Origin: Candidatus Pacearchaeota archaeon
GTDB lineage: Archaea > Nanobdellota > Nanobdellia > Pacearchaeales > GW2011-AR1
Length of the DNA stretch: 45,408 bases
Reading direction: 5' to 3'
NCBI GenBank assembly: GCA_023137045.1
Contig: JAGLQB010000002.1
Location: forward strand, 1-45,408
Shown here: piece after piece, positions 7,348-17,182 of the stretch
How the letters are laid out: each line of letters begins with the position of its first letter
Numbering within the stretch: the first letter of the stretch is position 1
Notes under the pieces: generated by a model
Database searches by the model: none
Seen by the model: the letters and a program-made list of their open reading frames with translations, nothing else
What the model was told of the DNA's origin: nothing
Position numbers and translations under genes: made by a program

Positions 7348-7367
7348 GAATCCTTTCTTCCGCATTT
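7348..7367 (+). repeat. 20-bp perfect direct repeat of the tRNA-Leu 3' end and its first 3 downstream nt
   Basis: GAATCCTTTCTTCCGCATTT occurs at 7304-7323 and again at 7348-7367, separated by a 24-bp spacer. The second copy cannot form a T arm. Confidence 0.8.
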
Positions 7368-7639
7368 CATAAAAAACTAAAAATCCCTTTTTGGATTAGG
7401 AATAATCCAATAATAACCCCTATTATAGTTGGAATAGAAATTACTATTGATAAAAGAATAACAACTCCTGCTGAGAAATCAATCCAACTGGCAAAACATT
7501 TGGGTAAACCTAAAAAAGACTTAATTAGCAAAATTCCTCCAAAAATCATCAAAAGATAAATTGGAAAATTCACATTTTTTTCAAATATTAAAATTAATCC
7601 TGCAATTAAATCAATCACTCCAAATGCCTTTACCAACAT
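7367..7639 (-). CDS. Small integral membrane protein (3 predicted TM helices), unknown function
   Basis: 90 aa, almost entirely hydrophobic (GVIDLIAGLILIF..., LLMIFGGILLI..., VVILLSIVISIPTIIGVIIGLFLI). It has an ATG start and no recognisable family. Confidence 0.5.
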   Translation of the reverse strand: MLVKAFGVIDLIAGLILIFEKNVNFPIYLLMIFGGILLIKSFLGLPKCFASWIDFSAGVVILLSIVISIPTIIGVIIGLFLIQKGIFSFL

Positions 7640-7671
7640 TCTTTTAAATGAAAATATCTCTTTAAAAATAT

Positions 7672-7760
7672 GCGCTTGTAGCTCAGCTTGGATTAGAGCA
7701 CTTCCCTCCTAAAGAAATTGAGAAAGGAAGGGGTCACAGGTTCAAATCCTGTCAGGCGCG
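7672..7760 (+). tRNA. tRNA-Arg (anticodon CCT) with a ~13-nt intron at the canonical 37/38 position
   Basis: Acceptor GCGCTTG/CAGGCGC; D arm GCTC..GAGC; T arm ACAGG-TTCAAAT-CCTGT. The anticodon stem CTTCC/GGAAG encloses 20 nt, which is the 7-nt loop CT-CCT-A-A plus the insert AGAAATTGAGAA(A). Confidence 0.8.
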
Positions 7761-7810
7761 TATTCATAAACTTTATTAAATAAGATTTCACTATTATTAT
7801 TAAAATATCT

Positions 7811-7881
7811 GCGCTGGTAGTATAGTGGCAGTATAATTGGCTTCCAACCAATTGACCCGGGTTCGAATCCCGGCTGGCGCA
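7811..7881 (+). tRNA. tRNA-Gly (anticodon TCC)
   Basis: Acceptor GCGCTGG/CTGGCGC (two G-U pairs), anticodon stem ATTGG/CCAAT with loop CT-TCC-AA, and T arm CCGGG-TTCGAAT-CCCGG. 71 nt, no encoded CCA. Confidence 0.88.
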
Positions 7882-7905
7882 TGAATAAAATCATTTCAAA
7901 CAAAA

Positions 7906-8805
7906 ATGGAACAAGAAATAAAACAAAAAGAAAAATTTAATTTTGGGAAGTTTCACGACAAAAATTACAAATTGTTATTATTAATTCCTCTAGCACTTTT
8001 ACTTTTCTCTTTCATTTATATGGGGGTATTTTATTCTCAAAATAATGATTTTATTCATAAAGATATTTCTTTGACAGGTGGAACTTCTGTAACAATCTAT
8101 GACAAAGTTGATGTGGATAATTTAATGCAAACTCTTTCAGAAAAACTTGAAGAAGTTAATATGAGAGAAATTTATGATTTAGTTACAAGAGAACAGAAAG
8201 CAGTAATCATCGAAACAAAAGCAGACAAAAAAGAAATAAAAGACATTCTTGAAGATTATCTTGATTATGAACTAAATGAAGAAAATTCTAGCTTTGAATT
8301 TACTGGTTCAGGTTTAAGTGAAAGTTTTTACAAACAACTTTTAATTGCAATTTTATTTGCATTTATTTTTATGGCAATAGTCGTGTTTGTTATATTTAGA
8401 ACATTTGTACCTTCAATGGCTGTGGTTCTTGCGGCTTTCGCAGACATTTTAATGACTTTAGTTTTAGTAAATATAATTGGAATACAAATGTCAAGTGCTG
8501 GCATTGTCGCATTTTTAATGTTGATTGGTTACTCAGTAGATACAGATATCCTTCTTACAACTAGAATTTTAAAACGGCAAGGAGAATCATTGAACAAAAG
8601 AATCTTCGGGGCTTTCAAAACAGGAACAACAATGACTCTGACTTCTCTTTTGGCAGTAACTTTTGCATTAATTATTGTGAGTTCTTTTTCAGTAATCTTA
8701 ACTCAAATCTTCACCATACTGGTTATTGGTCTTGGTTTCGATTTACTTAATACTTGGATAACCAATGTATCAATACTTAAATGGTATGCTGAAAAGAAAA
8801 AATGA
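7906..8805 (+). CDS. secF: Protein-export membrane protein SecF
   Basis: 299 aa. It has an N-terminal TM segment, an extracytoplasmic domain and a C-terminal 5-TM SecD/SecF domain (GYSVDTDILLTTRILKR). It overlaps secD by 4 nt. Confidence 0.85.
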   Translation: MEQEIKQKEKFNFGKFHDKNYKLLLLIPLALLLFSFIYMGVFYSQNNDFIHKDISLTGGTSVTIYDKVDVDNLMQTLSEKLEEVNMREIYDLVTREQKAVIIETKADKKEIKDILEDYLDYELNEENSSFEFTGSGLSESFYKQLLIAILFAFIFMAIVVFVIFRTFVPSMAVVLAAFADILMTLVLVNIIGIQMSSAGIVAFLMLIGYSVDTDILLTTRILKRQGESLNKRIFGAFKTGTTMTLTSLLAVTFALIIVSSFSVILTQIFTILVIGLGFDLLNTWITNVSILKWYAEKKK

Positions 8806-10331
8806 AAATTAAACTAAATTGGAAAATATGGTTTTGGATAATTATTGTAATTTTCTCTCTCTTAGCAATTTTTGGAAATCCTTTAAAGCTTTTTCAAGAA
8901 GGAGTGGTAATAATAAGTGTGATCCCAAATTCAACAGCGTTTGAGCAAGGGCTAAGGCAAGGGCAAATAATTATTCAAGTTGATGAGCAAAAAATAACAA
9001 ATATAGATGATTTTTCAAATGCATTACAAGGAAAATATCCTTCTGAGGAAAATATTAAAACTATTTTTAAGACAAAAGATTCTGAAATAATTTGGTATTC
9101 CCAAGAAGCACCAGATATAACTGTCTCAGAAATACCTAAGACAAATCTTAAAACTGGTTTGGATTTAGCAGGTGGCTCAAGGGCGCGAATCCAAGCAAAA
9201 GATAAGAAATTAACCACATCAGAAGCAAAAGATTTAGCAGAAGTTATAGAAAATAGGTTCAACATTTATGGAATATCTGATGTGCGAGTAACTCCTGTAA
9301 GGGATTTGTTTGGAGATAATTTTGTGAATATTGAAATAGCAGGAGCAACACCTAAAGACTTAGAAAAATTAATTTCTGAGCAGGGAAAATTTGAAGCCAA
9401 CATAGGAAATGAAACTGTTTTTGTTGGAGGAGAAAAAGATATAGCTTCTGTATGTAAAAATGATGCAACTTGTGCAGGAATTCAATCTTGCCAAGAATCT
9501 GAAAGTGGTCACTTTTGTAACTTTAGATTTGTAATTTATCTGAGTGAAGAAGCCGCAAAAAAGCACGCAAAAGTAACAGAAGATTTAGAAATAGATATAG
9601 ACAATCCAGAATATTTGTCTGAAAAATTGGAGTTATTTTTAGACGACACCCTCGTTAATAGTCTTTTTATCAGCAAAGGACTCCAAGGTCAAGTAACAAC
9701 ACAAATAGCTATTTCAGGTTCAGAAAGCGGAGAAACACAAGAGGAAGCATATAATGCTGCGAAAGAAGAAATGCATAATCTCCAAACTATTTTAATCACA
9801 GGTAGTCTTCCTTATGAACTAGAAATAGTAAAATTAGATACTATTTCTCCAGTGCTCGGAAAAGATTTCATCAAATCAATTTTTTTAGCAGCTTTGGCAG
9901 CAATAGTGGCAGTTGCAATAGTCATATTTTTTAGATATAAAAAATTTAAATCTTCAATAGCATTATTAGCTATAAGTGCTTCTGAAATAGTAATAATTTT
10001 AGGTATAGCTTCTTTTATAGACTGGAACCTTGATTTACCAAGTATAGCAGGAATAATCGCATCCATAGGGACAGGAATTGATAGTCAGATTATCATTTTA
10101 GACGAAGCAAAACAAAGCAAATTTTTGAGCATAAAACAAAAAATGAAAAGAGCATTATCAATTATTTTGGGAGCATATTTTACTGCCCTGGTAGCATTAA
10201 TCCCATTACTTTGGGCTGGTGCAGGTTTGTTAAAAGGGTTCGCAATCACAACTATCATTGGAATTACAATAGGTGTTTTAATCACAAGACCTGCTTTTGC
10301 AGAAATGGTCAAGAAGATTGAGAAGGATTAA
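8802..10331 (+). CDS. secD: Protein-export membrane protein SecD
   Basis: 509 aa. It has a large extracytoplasmic domain (GLDLAGGSRARIQ) and a C-terminal SecD/SecF TM domain (GTGIDSQIIILDE). Confidence 0.85.
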   Translation: MKIKLNWKIWFWIIIVIFSLLAIFGNPLKLFQEGVVIISVIPNSTAFEQGLRQGQIIIQVDEQKITNIDDFSNALQGKYPSEENIKTIFKTKDSEIIWYSQEAPDITVSEIPKTNLKTGLDLAGGSRARIQAKDKKLTTSEAKDLAEVIENRFNIYGISDVRVTPVRDLFGDNFVNIEIAGATPKDLEKLISEQGKFEANIGNETVFVGGEKDIASVCKNDATCAGIQSCQESESGHFCNFRFVIYLSEEAAKKHAKVTEDLEIDIDNPEYLSEKLELFLDDTLVNSLFISKGLQGQVTTQIAISGSESGETQEEAYNAAKEEMHNLQTILITGSLPYELEIVKLDTISPVLGKDFIKSIFLAALAAIVAVAIVIFFRYKKFKSSIALLAISASEIVIILGIASFIDWNLDLPSIAGIIASIGTGIDSQIIILDEAKQSKFLSIKQKMKRALSIILGAYFTALVALIPLLWAGAGLLKGFAITTIIGITIGVLITRPAFAEMVKKIEKD

Positions 10332-10382
10332 AAATCTCTCTGCAAGGCCAGAATCCAACATATAAATTCTTTTAAACTTTAA

Positions 10383-11258
10383 ATGGCAAAAAAAAATATG
10401 AAAATAGGGATAATTGGAATGGGAATTGTTGGGGGAGCAACCGCTAAAGTATTAGGTAAAGTCCATGAAATCTTACCTTATGATAAATACAAACAAGAAT
10501 ACAACCAAGAAATTATATTAAAAGAATCAGAAGCTGTTTTTGTTTGCGTCCCAACACCCATGAAAACGGGAGGAGAAATAGACTATTCTGCGATACATGA
10601 TTCTTTGGAAATGTTAACAAGAGCAACCTATGATGTCCCTGAAAATAAAAAGCCTTTAGCAATAATTCGCTCAACAGCAGTTTCTGGAACAACAGATAAA
10701 CTTGAAGCAAGATATCCTTTTAATTTTGCATTTAATCCAGAATTTTTAACAGAGAAAAATGCACTAGAAGATATGCTAAAAACAGATAGGATTGTTGTGG
10801 GGGCAAATAGAAAGGAAGATTACAAAAAAGTTAAACAAATATATAAACCAATTTTTCCCAATGCAAAATACATTCATACTGACGCCAAAACAGCAGAAAT
10901 GATAAAATATACTGCTAATATTATGTTAGCAGGTCAAATAGCTCTTGCAAATGAGTTTTATCAAATCTGTAAAGTTATGGGGGTGGATTATGAAACTGTT
11001 AAAGACACAATTTTGTTGGACGACAGAATTGGAAGAAATATAGATGTTCCTGGCCCAGATGGGGATTTAGGTTTTGGGGGAAAGTGTTTTCCAAAAGATT
11101 TGAATGCTTTAATTTATGTAGCAAGAGACAATATGTATAGGCCATATCTTCTTGAAGAGATTTGGAGATTAAATGAAAAAGTAAGAAAAAACAAAGATTG
11201 GTTAAAAATACCTGGAGCAACTTCTGGAAATCAAAATTTTGAGGAGCATAAAAAATGA
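10383..11258 (+). CDS. Short nucleotide-sugar 6-dehydrogenase (UDP-glucose dehydrogenase-like, lacks the C-terminal UDP-binding domain)
   Basis: Rossmann motif [22 protein letters not shown] motif, and catalytic Cys motif [10 protein letters not shown]. It is only 291 aa and ends in an ATGA overlap with the next gene. Confidence 0.7.
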   Translation: MAKKNMKIGIIGMGIVGGATAKVLGKVHEILPYDKYKQEYNQEIILKESEAVFVCVPTPMKTGGEIDYSAIHDSLEMLTRATYDVPENKKPLAIIRSTAVSGTTDKLEARYPFNFAFNPEFLTEKNALEDMLKTDRIVVGANRKEDYKKVKQIYKPIFPNAKYIHTDAKTAEMIKYTANIMLAGQIALANEFYQICKVMGVDYETVKDTILLDDRIGRNIDVPGPDGDLGFGGKCFPKDLNALIYVARDNMYRPYLLEEIWRLNEKVRKNKDWLKIPGATSGNQNFEEHKK

Positions 11259-12199
11259 AGATATTGGTCACAGGTGGTGCAGGATTTATTGGAAGTCATC
11301 TCTGCAAATTTCTCTTAGAAAAGGGGCACAAAGTTATTTGTTTAGATAATTTTTTCACAGGAAAAAAAGAAAATATCCAACAGCTGGAAAGAGATTCGAA
11401 TTTTAAAGTAATTGCACATGATATAACAGACACAAAGAATTCTATTGATATAAAGATTCCAGAAGGAGTAGACCAAATTTACAATCTTGCTTGCCCCGCT
11501 TCCCCTGTTCATTATCAATCTGATGCAATAGAAACAATAAAAGCTAACACTCTAGGAATTATTAATATCCTAGAATTTGCAAAGTTAAATGGAGCAACTG
11601 TTTTACAGACGTCAACTTCTGAGATTTATGGTGACCCATTAGAGCATCCTCAAAAAGAGTCTTATCGGGGAAATGTAAACACTTTAGGTCCAAGAGCTTG
11701 TTATGATGAAGGAAAAAGAGTAGCAGAAACCTTATTTATGGATTATCACAGAAAATTTGATTTATCAATAAGGATAGCAAGAATTTTTAATACTTATGGT
11801 CCAAATATGGATAAAAATGATGGGAGAGTTGTTTCTAATTTTATCGCACAAGCTTTAGAAAATAAGTCAATAACAATTTATGGTGATGGAAGCCAGACAA
11901 GAAGTTTTTGTTATGTAAATGATTTGATAGAAGGACTTTACAAACTAATGAGTTCTGGTTATAATTATCCTATAAACCTTGGCAATCCAGGAGAGTTTAC
12001 AATTTTAGAACTAGCTAAAAAAGTAATAAGACTCACTGATTCAGACTCAGAAATAATTAATCAAAATTTACCTCAAGATGATCCTACAAGAAGAAAACCA
12101 GACATTTCTCTGGCAATAAAAAAATTAAGTTGGAATCCAACAATTAATTTGGAAGAAGGATTAAAAAGAACAATTTCTTATTTCAAAGATAGACATTAA
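11255..12199 (+). CDS. uxs: UDP-glucuronate decarboxylase (UDP-xylose synthase)
   Basis: [67 protein letters not shown] and [18 protein letters not shown] are near-canonical UXS motifs. Confidence 0.88.
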   Translation: MKILVTGGAGFIGSHLCKFLLEKGHKVICLDNFFTGKKENIQQLERDSNFKVIAHDITDTKNSIDIKIPEGVDQIYNLACPASPVHYQSDAIETIKANTLGIINILEFAKLNGATVLQTSTSEIYGDPLEHPQKESYRGNVNTLGPRACYDEGKRVAETLFMDYHRKFDLSIRIARIFNTYGPNMDKNDGRVVSNFIAQALENKSITIYGDGSQTRSFCYVNDLIEGLYKLMSSGYNYPINLGNPGEFTILELAKKVIRLTDSDSEIINQNLPQDDPTRRKPDISLAIKKLSWNPTINLEEGLKRTISYFKDRH

Positions 12200-12200
12200 A

Positions 12201-12674
12201 ATGCTTCCCAAACAACATTTAATCTTTGGAATTATATTCTCTGCAATTTTGTTAATCATATTTCCTAAAATAGGCTGGATAGGATTTTTTATTATAATTC
12301 TTTCAACAGTGTTAATTGATGTTGACCATTATTTGTATTTTGTCTATAAAAAGAAAAATTTGAATTTAAAAAATGCTTTTAATTGGTTTATTGAAAATGG
12401 AAAAAAATTTTCTTCTTTGCCTAAAATAGAAAGGGACAAATTTTATCTTGGCTTTTGTGTTTTACATGGAATTGAAATTTTATTTATTTTATTTATTTTG
12501 GGAATGTTTATATCAAAATATTTTTTATTTATCCTTGTGGGATTTTCATTTCATTTGTTTTTAGATGTTACCTGCCAAATTTCACAAAGGAAAAGAATAA
12601 CAAAAGTTTCTTTGGTGCATGATTTTTTAAAGTTCAAAAAATTAAAGTTGATGGATGTAAATGGACGAACATAA
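12201..12674 (+). CDS. Membrane protein, possibly YdjM/DUF457-type metal-dependent membrane hydrolase
   Basis: 157 aa with 4 hydrophobic segments and His/Asp motifs at the membrane edges (IDVDHYLY, VLHGIE, HLFLDV). The assignment is weak. Confidence 0.35.
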   Translation: MLPKQHLIFGIIFSAILLIIFPKIGWIGFFIIILSTVLIDVDHYLYFVYKKKNLNLKNAFNWFIENGKKFSSLPKIERDKFYLGFCVLHGIEILFILFILGMFISKYFLFILVGFSFHLFLDVTCQISQRKRITKVSLVHDFLKFKKLKLMDVNGRT

Positions 12675-14469
12675 AATAAAAATTCCTGCAAAGAGTAGAT
12701 TAGATAAATTGCTTGATTCTACTCTGGACTTTATTTTTTCAAAAGACCCAAGAAAGTGGTTGATATTAATTGTGTTTTTAGGGGCAATTTTGAGATTTTT
12801 AGTAGCAAGGAATATTTCTGCATTAGGGGACGAAATGGTTCATGGACCTCATGCAATAGGATTTCTTCATTCTGGATTAATAAGCACTTTTGCTCACTCT
12901 CCCTTGTGGTTTTATTTAACTGATATTGTTTTCAAATTTTTTAATGTAACTATGTTCTCAGCAAGATTTTTATCTTTTTTTTATGGGACACTTACAATTT
13001 TGGTTATTTATTTAATTGCTTCCAAGATTTTTAATAAAAAGATTGGATTATTTTCTGCGTTTTTACTTTCTGTTTCTTTTTTTACAATAAGATACACTTT
13101 AATGGAAATGGATCTTGCATTAATCTTTTTTTTGGTCTCAGCAATTTATTTTTTCTTGATAGCAATGGAAAAAGGCAAATTCCCCTGGCTCGCAGCAGTT
13201 TGTATTGGTATTGCTTCTCTAATTAAAACCCTTTCTTTATTTTTTATTCCAGCATTTTTAATAGCTTTTTTTCTATTTAAAAAAGAGAAAGGAAATACTA
13301 AAAAAAATATCAAAAATATTTTTGTTTTTGGGATAATTATTCTTTTAATTTTTATGCCAATAATTATTCATAATTATCTATGGTACAAAGATAAAGGGAT
13401 GGTTGACACCTATGCTGCTCAATACTTTTTTCCAAGTCTTAGGCCAGTTTATGCAGCACAGTTAGGTTATGATTCTGGGCTATTGTCTGATAAATTTTTC
13501 ACAGGATTAGTAACAATGTCAAAGACAATTTTTTCTATGGACCCTCTAATAACTATTTTAGGAATTTTAGGAATTATTCTTGCTTTTTCCTTGAAAAACA
13601 AAAGAAAATATTGGTATTTTTTAATCTTATTCCAATTATCTGGATTTCTTTTCTTAGTTTTATCTAATTGGCTTCATACCCATTACACTACAATGATTCC
13701 GATTCTTTGTATTTTTGGAGGATTTTTTATCCACAAAACTTCTCAGATAGTTTCTCAAAATTTAGAAAAATACAAATTAAATTACAAAAAAATTCTTTGC
13801 ATAATATTAATTTTAATCTTTGGATTTCAACTATATCTTCTTTTACCGCATCTAACTTCTAGATGCGCCATGGGTCAAATGAGAGAATATGCAATAGATG
13901 ATATGGATAAGAATTCAATAGTTCTAGCAGATTCGCGAATATACCGTGGAAGAATTGCATTTTTATTCCACGATTTTCATTATTTGGAATCAGCATCTTT
14001 TGCACAAATTTCCCAATTAAATCAAGAATTACCTGGACAAGATATTCCAACAAAAGTTTATTTTGTTGAATGTGTTAGGGATGATTGTGGTTGGGGTTCA
14101 ATAAGCGAAGGTCCATTAAATGATTCTTCTGAAGAATTAGTCCAACTATTTTCTACTCAAGCTAATCTAGAAAAAATTATCTATGGGGGAGGAGGTTATG
14201 ATGAGGAAACTGGAAAACCTTATTTTAAAGTTTATTCTGCTACAATGCAGTTCAAACCCCAAATCTTTTCAGCAATTGATTCAACTCATGAGTGGTTTTA
14301 TTATCCTGTAAACTATATCCCCAAAGAAAAAATTTGGGATAATTATGATGTTTATGGAGCATTAGATAATTCAATTTATAAATTTGCATGGTTGATTATT
14401 ATTTTAGCAATAGGTTTCGCAATTATTCTCCCAATATTCCCTTTTGTTGAATTAAAGAAATCTAAATAA
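12661..14469 (+). CDS. GT-C fold glycosyltransferase (GT39/ArnT/PMT-like, polyprenyl-phosphate-sugar dependent)
   Basis: 602 aa with about 11-12 TM helices, an early loop acidic motif (ALGDEMVHGPH) and a soluble C-terminal domain of about 200 aa. This is the typical ArnT/PMT_2 layout. Confidence 0.7.
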   Translation: MDEHKIKIPAKSRLDKLLDSTLDFIFSKDPRKWLILIVFLGAILRFLVARNISALGDEMVHGPHAIGFLHSGLISTFAHSPLWFYLTDIVFKFFNVTMFSARFLSFFYGTLTILVIYLIASKIFNKKIGLFSAFLLSVSFFTIRYTLMEMDLALIFFLVSAIYFFLIAMEKGKFPWLAAVCIGIASLIKTLSLFFIPAFLIAFFLFKKEKGNTKKNIKNIFVFGIIILLIFMPIIIHNYLWYKDKGMVDTYAAQYFFPSLRPVYAAQLGYDSGLLSDKFFTGLVTMSKTIFSMDPLITILGILGIILAFSLKNKRKYWYFLILFQLSGFLFLVLSNWLHTHYTTMIPILCIFGGFFIHKTSQIVSQNLEKYKLNYKKILCIILILIFGFQLYLLLPHLTSRCAMGQMREYAIDDMDKNSIVLADSRIYRGRIAFLFHDFHYLESASFAQISQLNQELPGQDIPTKVYFVECVRDDCGWGSISEGPLNDSSEELVQLFSTQANLEKIIYGGGGYDEETGKPYFKVYSATMQFKPQIFSAIDSTHEWFYYPVNYIPKEKIWDNYDVYGALDNSIYKFAWLIIILAIGFAIILPIFPFVELKKSK

Positions 14470-14517
14470 GCTTATTAGTAGGGAAATTCTTAAAAACGTT
14501 TTTTTATTGCTTAAAAA

Positions 14518-15912
14518 ATGAGACTGTTACTGATTACTCCTCCAAACACATCTAAAGAAGTATATGGCAAACTTTCAAGTGTTGGAACTTTATATCCTCC
14601 ATTAGGCTTAGCATACATTGCAGCTTATGCAGAAAAACAAGGACATGAAGTTAAGGTCATAGATGCAGGAGCAGAAAATTATGATTTTGAAGACATAAAC
14701 AAAATTGCTTTAAAATTCTGTCCAGATTTGGTTGGAATGCAGACATATTGTACAACATTAAATAAAGTTTACAAAATTGCAGAAAATTTAAAGAATATTA
14801 CAGATGCAAAAATTGTATTGGGGGGACCGCAAGCAACACTTGAACCTTCTAAAGCAATCTCAAATAAATATGTGGATTTTGTTATTTATGGAGAAGGAGA
14901 GAAAACTATTATAGAACTTTTATCTGCTTTAAAAAAAGGAAATTTTTCTAAGGTTCTCGGTTTAGTTTATAAAACTAAAGAAAAAATAAAAACAAATCCT
15001 CCAAGGCCTTTAATCCAAAACTTGGACGAAATTCCCCTCCCAGCAAGGCATCTTTTTCCAATGGAAAAATACCATTCGTCTGCTAATTTAAGAGGGAAAA
15101 AAACACTTAATATCATGACCTCAAGAGGTTGTCCTTACAGATGTGCTTATTGTGCAGGTTCTCTTATTTTTGGAAAAAATCATAGGTTTCATTCATCTGA
15201 AAGAGTTATAGAAGAGATGAAATTGTTAAAAGAAAAATATGGTGCAGATAGCATACAATTTTTTGATGAAACATTTACAGTAAATAGAAAAAGAGTAATA
15301 GAATTATGCGATAAAATGATTGAAGCAAAATTAGGTTTAGAATGGAGTTGCTTTACAAGGGTAAATCTGGTAGATGAAGAATTATTAAAAAAGATGAAAC
15401 AAGCAGGATGTTATTTGATTTTTTATGGTTTGGAATCTGGAGTACAAAGATTATTGGATTTAATAAAAAAAGATATAACACTGGAACAATCAGAAAAAGC
15501 AATGAAAATGACACATGAAGCAGGAATTGAAACATGGGTAAGTTTTATGTTGAATTTGCCTTCAGCAACAAAAAAAGAAGAAGAGCAAACTATTGATTTT
15601 GCTATAAAAGTTAATCCAACATTTGTCCAATTTCCAATAGCAACTCCTTATCCTGGGACAGAATTATATGACATAGCATTAAAACATGGAAAACTAAAAG
15701 AAAATTGGGAAGATTTCACAAGCTGGGATGAAATTGTTTTCACTCCTCATGGAAAAACAGAAAAAGAAATAAAAAACATAGTAAAAAAAGCATACAGAAA
15801 ATTTTATTTAAGACCTACTTACATTTTAAAAAGAATAAGGAGTATACTAAAACTTCCATTAAACAAATCTTTTGCTTTGATTAAAGTAGGATTGCTAACT
15901 TTTTTCACATAA
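14518..15912 (+). CDS. Cobalamin-binding-domain radical SAM enzyme (class B) #1
   Basis: The N-terminal Rossmann-like B12 domain (LLLITPP...PPLGLAYIAAYAEKQGHEVKVID...GGPQAT) is followed by the radical SAM core SRGCPYRCAYC, FFDETF and YGLESG. Confidence 0.85.
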   Translation: MRLLLITPPNTSKEVYGKLSSVGTLYPPLGLAYIAAYAEKQGHEVKVIDAGAENYDFEDINKIALKFCPDLVGMQTYCTTLNKVYKIAENLKNITDAKIVLGGPQATLEPSKAISNKYVDFVIYGEGEKTIIELLSALKKGNFSKVLGLVYKTKEKIKTNPPRPLIQNLDEIPLPARHLFPMEKYHSSANLRGKKTLNIMTSRGCPYRCAYCAGSLIFGKNHRFHSSERVIEEMKLLKEKYGADSIQFFDETFTVNRKRVIELCDKMIEAKLGLEWSCFTRVNLVDEELLKKMKQAGCYLIFYGLESGVQRLLDLIKKDITLEQSEKAMKMTHEAGIETWVSFMLNLPSATKKEEEQTIDFAIKVNPTFVQFPIATPYPGTELYDIALKHGKLKENWEDFTSWDEIVFTPHGKTEKEIKNIVKKAYRKFYLRPTYILKRIRSILKLPLNKSFALIKVGLLTFFT

Positions 15913-15913
15913 A

Positions 15914-16618
15914 ATGAAACTTTCAATAATTATCCCTGCATATAATGAAAAGAAAACTATAGATGAAATTATCAAAAGAGTAAAAGCTGTAAAAATATCA
16001 AAAGAAATAATTATCGTGGACGATTTTTCAACTGATGGAACAAGAGAATTTTTAAAAAATCTCCATGATCCTCAAATTAAGACATTTTTTCACAAAAAAA
16101 ATCACGGGAAAAGTCATGGAGTTAGGGTAGGAATAAAAGAAGCAAAAGGAGATATTATCATAATACAGGACGCAGATTTGGAATATGACCCAAAAGATTA
16201 CTCCAAACTAATTAAGCCGATTGAACAGGGAAAATCAAAAGTAGTATACGGAACAAGATTCCCAAAGAAAAAAGGACACCCTAGTTTATTGCATCCCTAT
16301 GAAATTTTAAGTAATCCTTTTTATTTTGCAAACAAAATTTTAACCACAATGGCAAATGTTCTTTACAATGCACATATAACTGATGAACCAACTTGCTACA
16401 AAGTTTTTGATGCCAAAGTGTTAAAATCACTAAATTTAAAATCAGAAAGATTTGAATTTTGTCCAGAGGTGACTGCAAAAGTCAGGAAAAAAGGTTATAA
16501 AATTTATGAAGTTCCGATAAGTTATAATCCAAGAACAGCTGAAGAAGGAAAAAAAATAAATTTCAAAGATGGTATTGAAGCAATATGGACTTTGATTAAA
16601 TACAGATTTATAAATTAA
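15914..16618 (+). CDS. GT2 glycosyltransferase, polyprenyl-phosphate sugar synthase type (DPM1/ArnC-like)
   Basis: LSIIIPAYNEKKTIDEII...IIIVDDFSTDGTREFL...IIQDADLEYDP. It is a short (234 aa) soluble GT-A of the Dpm1/ArnC type. Confidence 0.8.
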   Translation: MKLSIIIPAYNEKKTIDEIIKRVKAVKISKEIIIVDDFSTDGTREFLKNLHDPQIKTFFHKKNHGKSHGVRVGIKEAKGDIIIIQDADLEYDPKDYSKLIKPIEQGKSKVVYGTRFPKKKGHPSLLHPYEILSNPFYFANKILTTMANVLYNAHITDEPTCYKVFDAKVLKSLNLKSERFEFCPEVTAKVRKKGYKIYEVPISYNPRTAEEGKKINFKDGIEAIWTLIKYRFIN

Positions 16619-16622
16619 TAAA

Positions 16623-17150
16623 ATGGGAAAATTTGATACATTTATACAAACGAGAATTCTCAGACCAATTAGATTAAAGGCGATTTTAAAAATTTTATGC
16701 AAGATCCATCCTGGCACAATAATTGATTTAGGGTGTATGGATGATTATTTATTAAAGAGACTCCCAAAAAAATTTGATTATGTTGGTTATGACGAAAATC
16801 CTTTGTGTAAAAATGAAAAAATAATTAAGGGTAAAGTTGAAGATTTAACAAAAAATAAAAAATTTGATGTTGTCCTTTGCACAGAAGTGTTAGAACATGT
16901 TGATGACCCTGTGGAAGTCATGAGGAATTTAAAAAAATTATCAAAAAGATTTATTCTAATTTCAGTTCCTAATGAACCCTTTTTCTCTTTGGCAAGGTTG
17001 TTTATTCCAGCAAAAGAGCATTTGTGGACAATTTATCCTTGGGCCCTTGAAAAACATTTTGGGAAACCTATTTTCAAAAGAAAAGCATGTTTTCAAAGAA
17101 CTCATATCGCTTTATGGGACTTAAAAAATAGCAATAAAAACATCTCATAA
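16623..17150 (+). CDS. Class I SAM-dependent methyltransferase
   Basis: Motif I IIDLGCMDDY, and post-I/II FDVVLCTEVLEHVDDPVEVMRNL (Methyltransf_11-like). Confidence 0.75.
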   Translation: MGKFDTFIQTRILRPIRLKAILKILCKIHPGTIIDLGCMDDYLLKRLPKKFDYVGYDENPLCKNEKIIKGKVEDLTKNKKFDVVLCTEVLEHVDDPVEVMRNLKKLSKRFILISVPNEPFFSLARLFIPAKEHLWTIYPWALEKHFGKPIFKRKACFQRTHIALWDLKNSNKNIS

Positions 17151-17182
17151 ATCTTTAAAAATATCAATATTTCAGTAATTTC

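Noticed and set aside
7251-7559. 102-aa plus-strand ORF starting inside tRNA-Leu
   Set aside because: It begins within the tRNA and runs antisense to the better-supported small membrane protein gene (7367-7639). The composition is typical of an AT-rich shadow frame.
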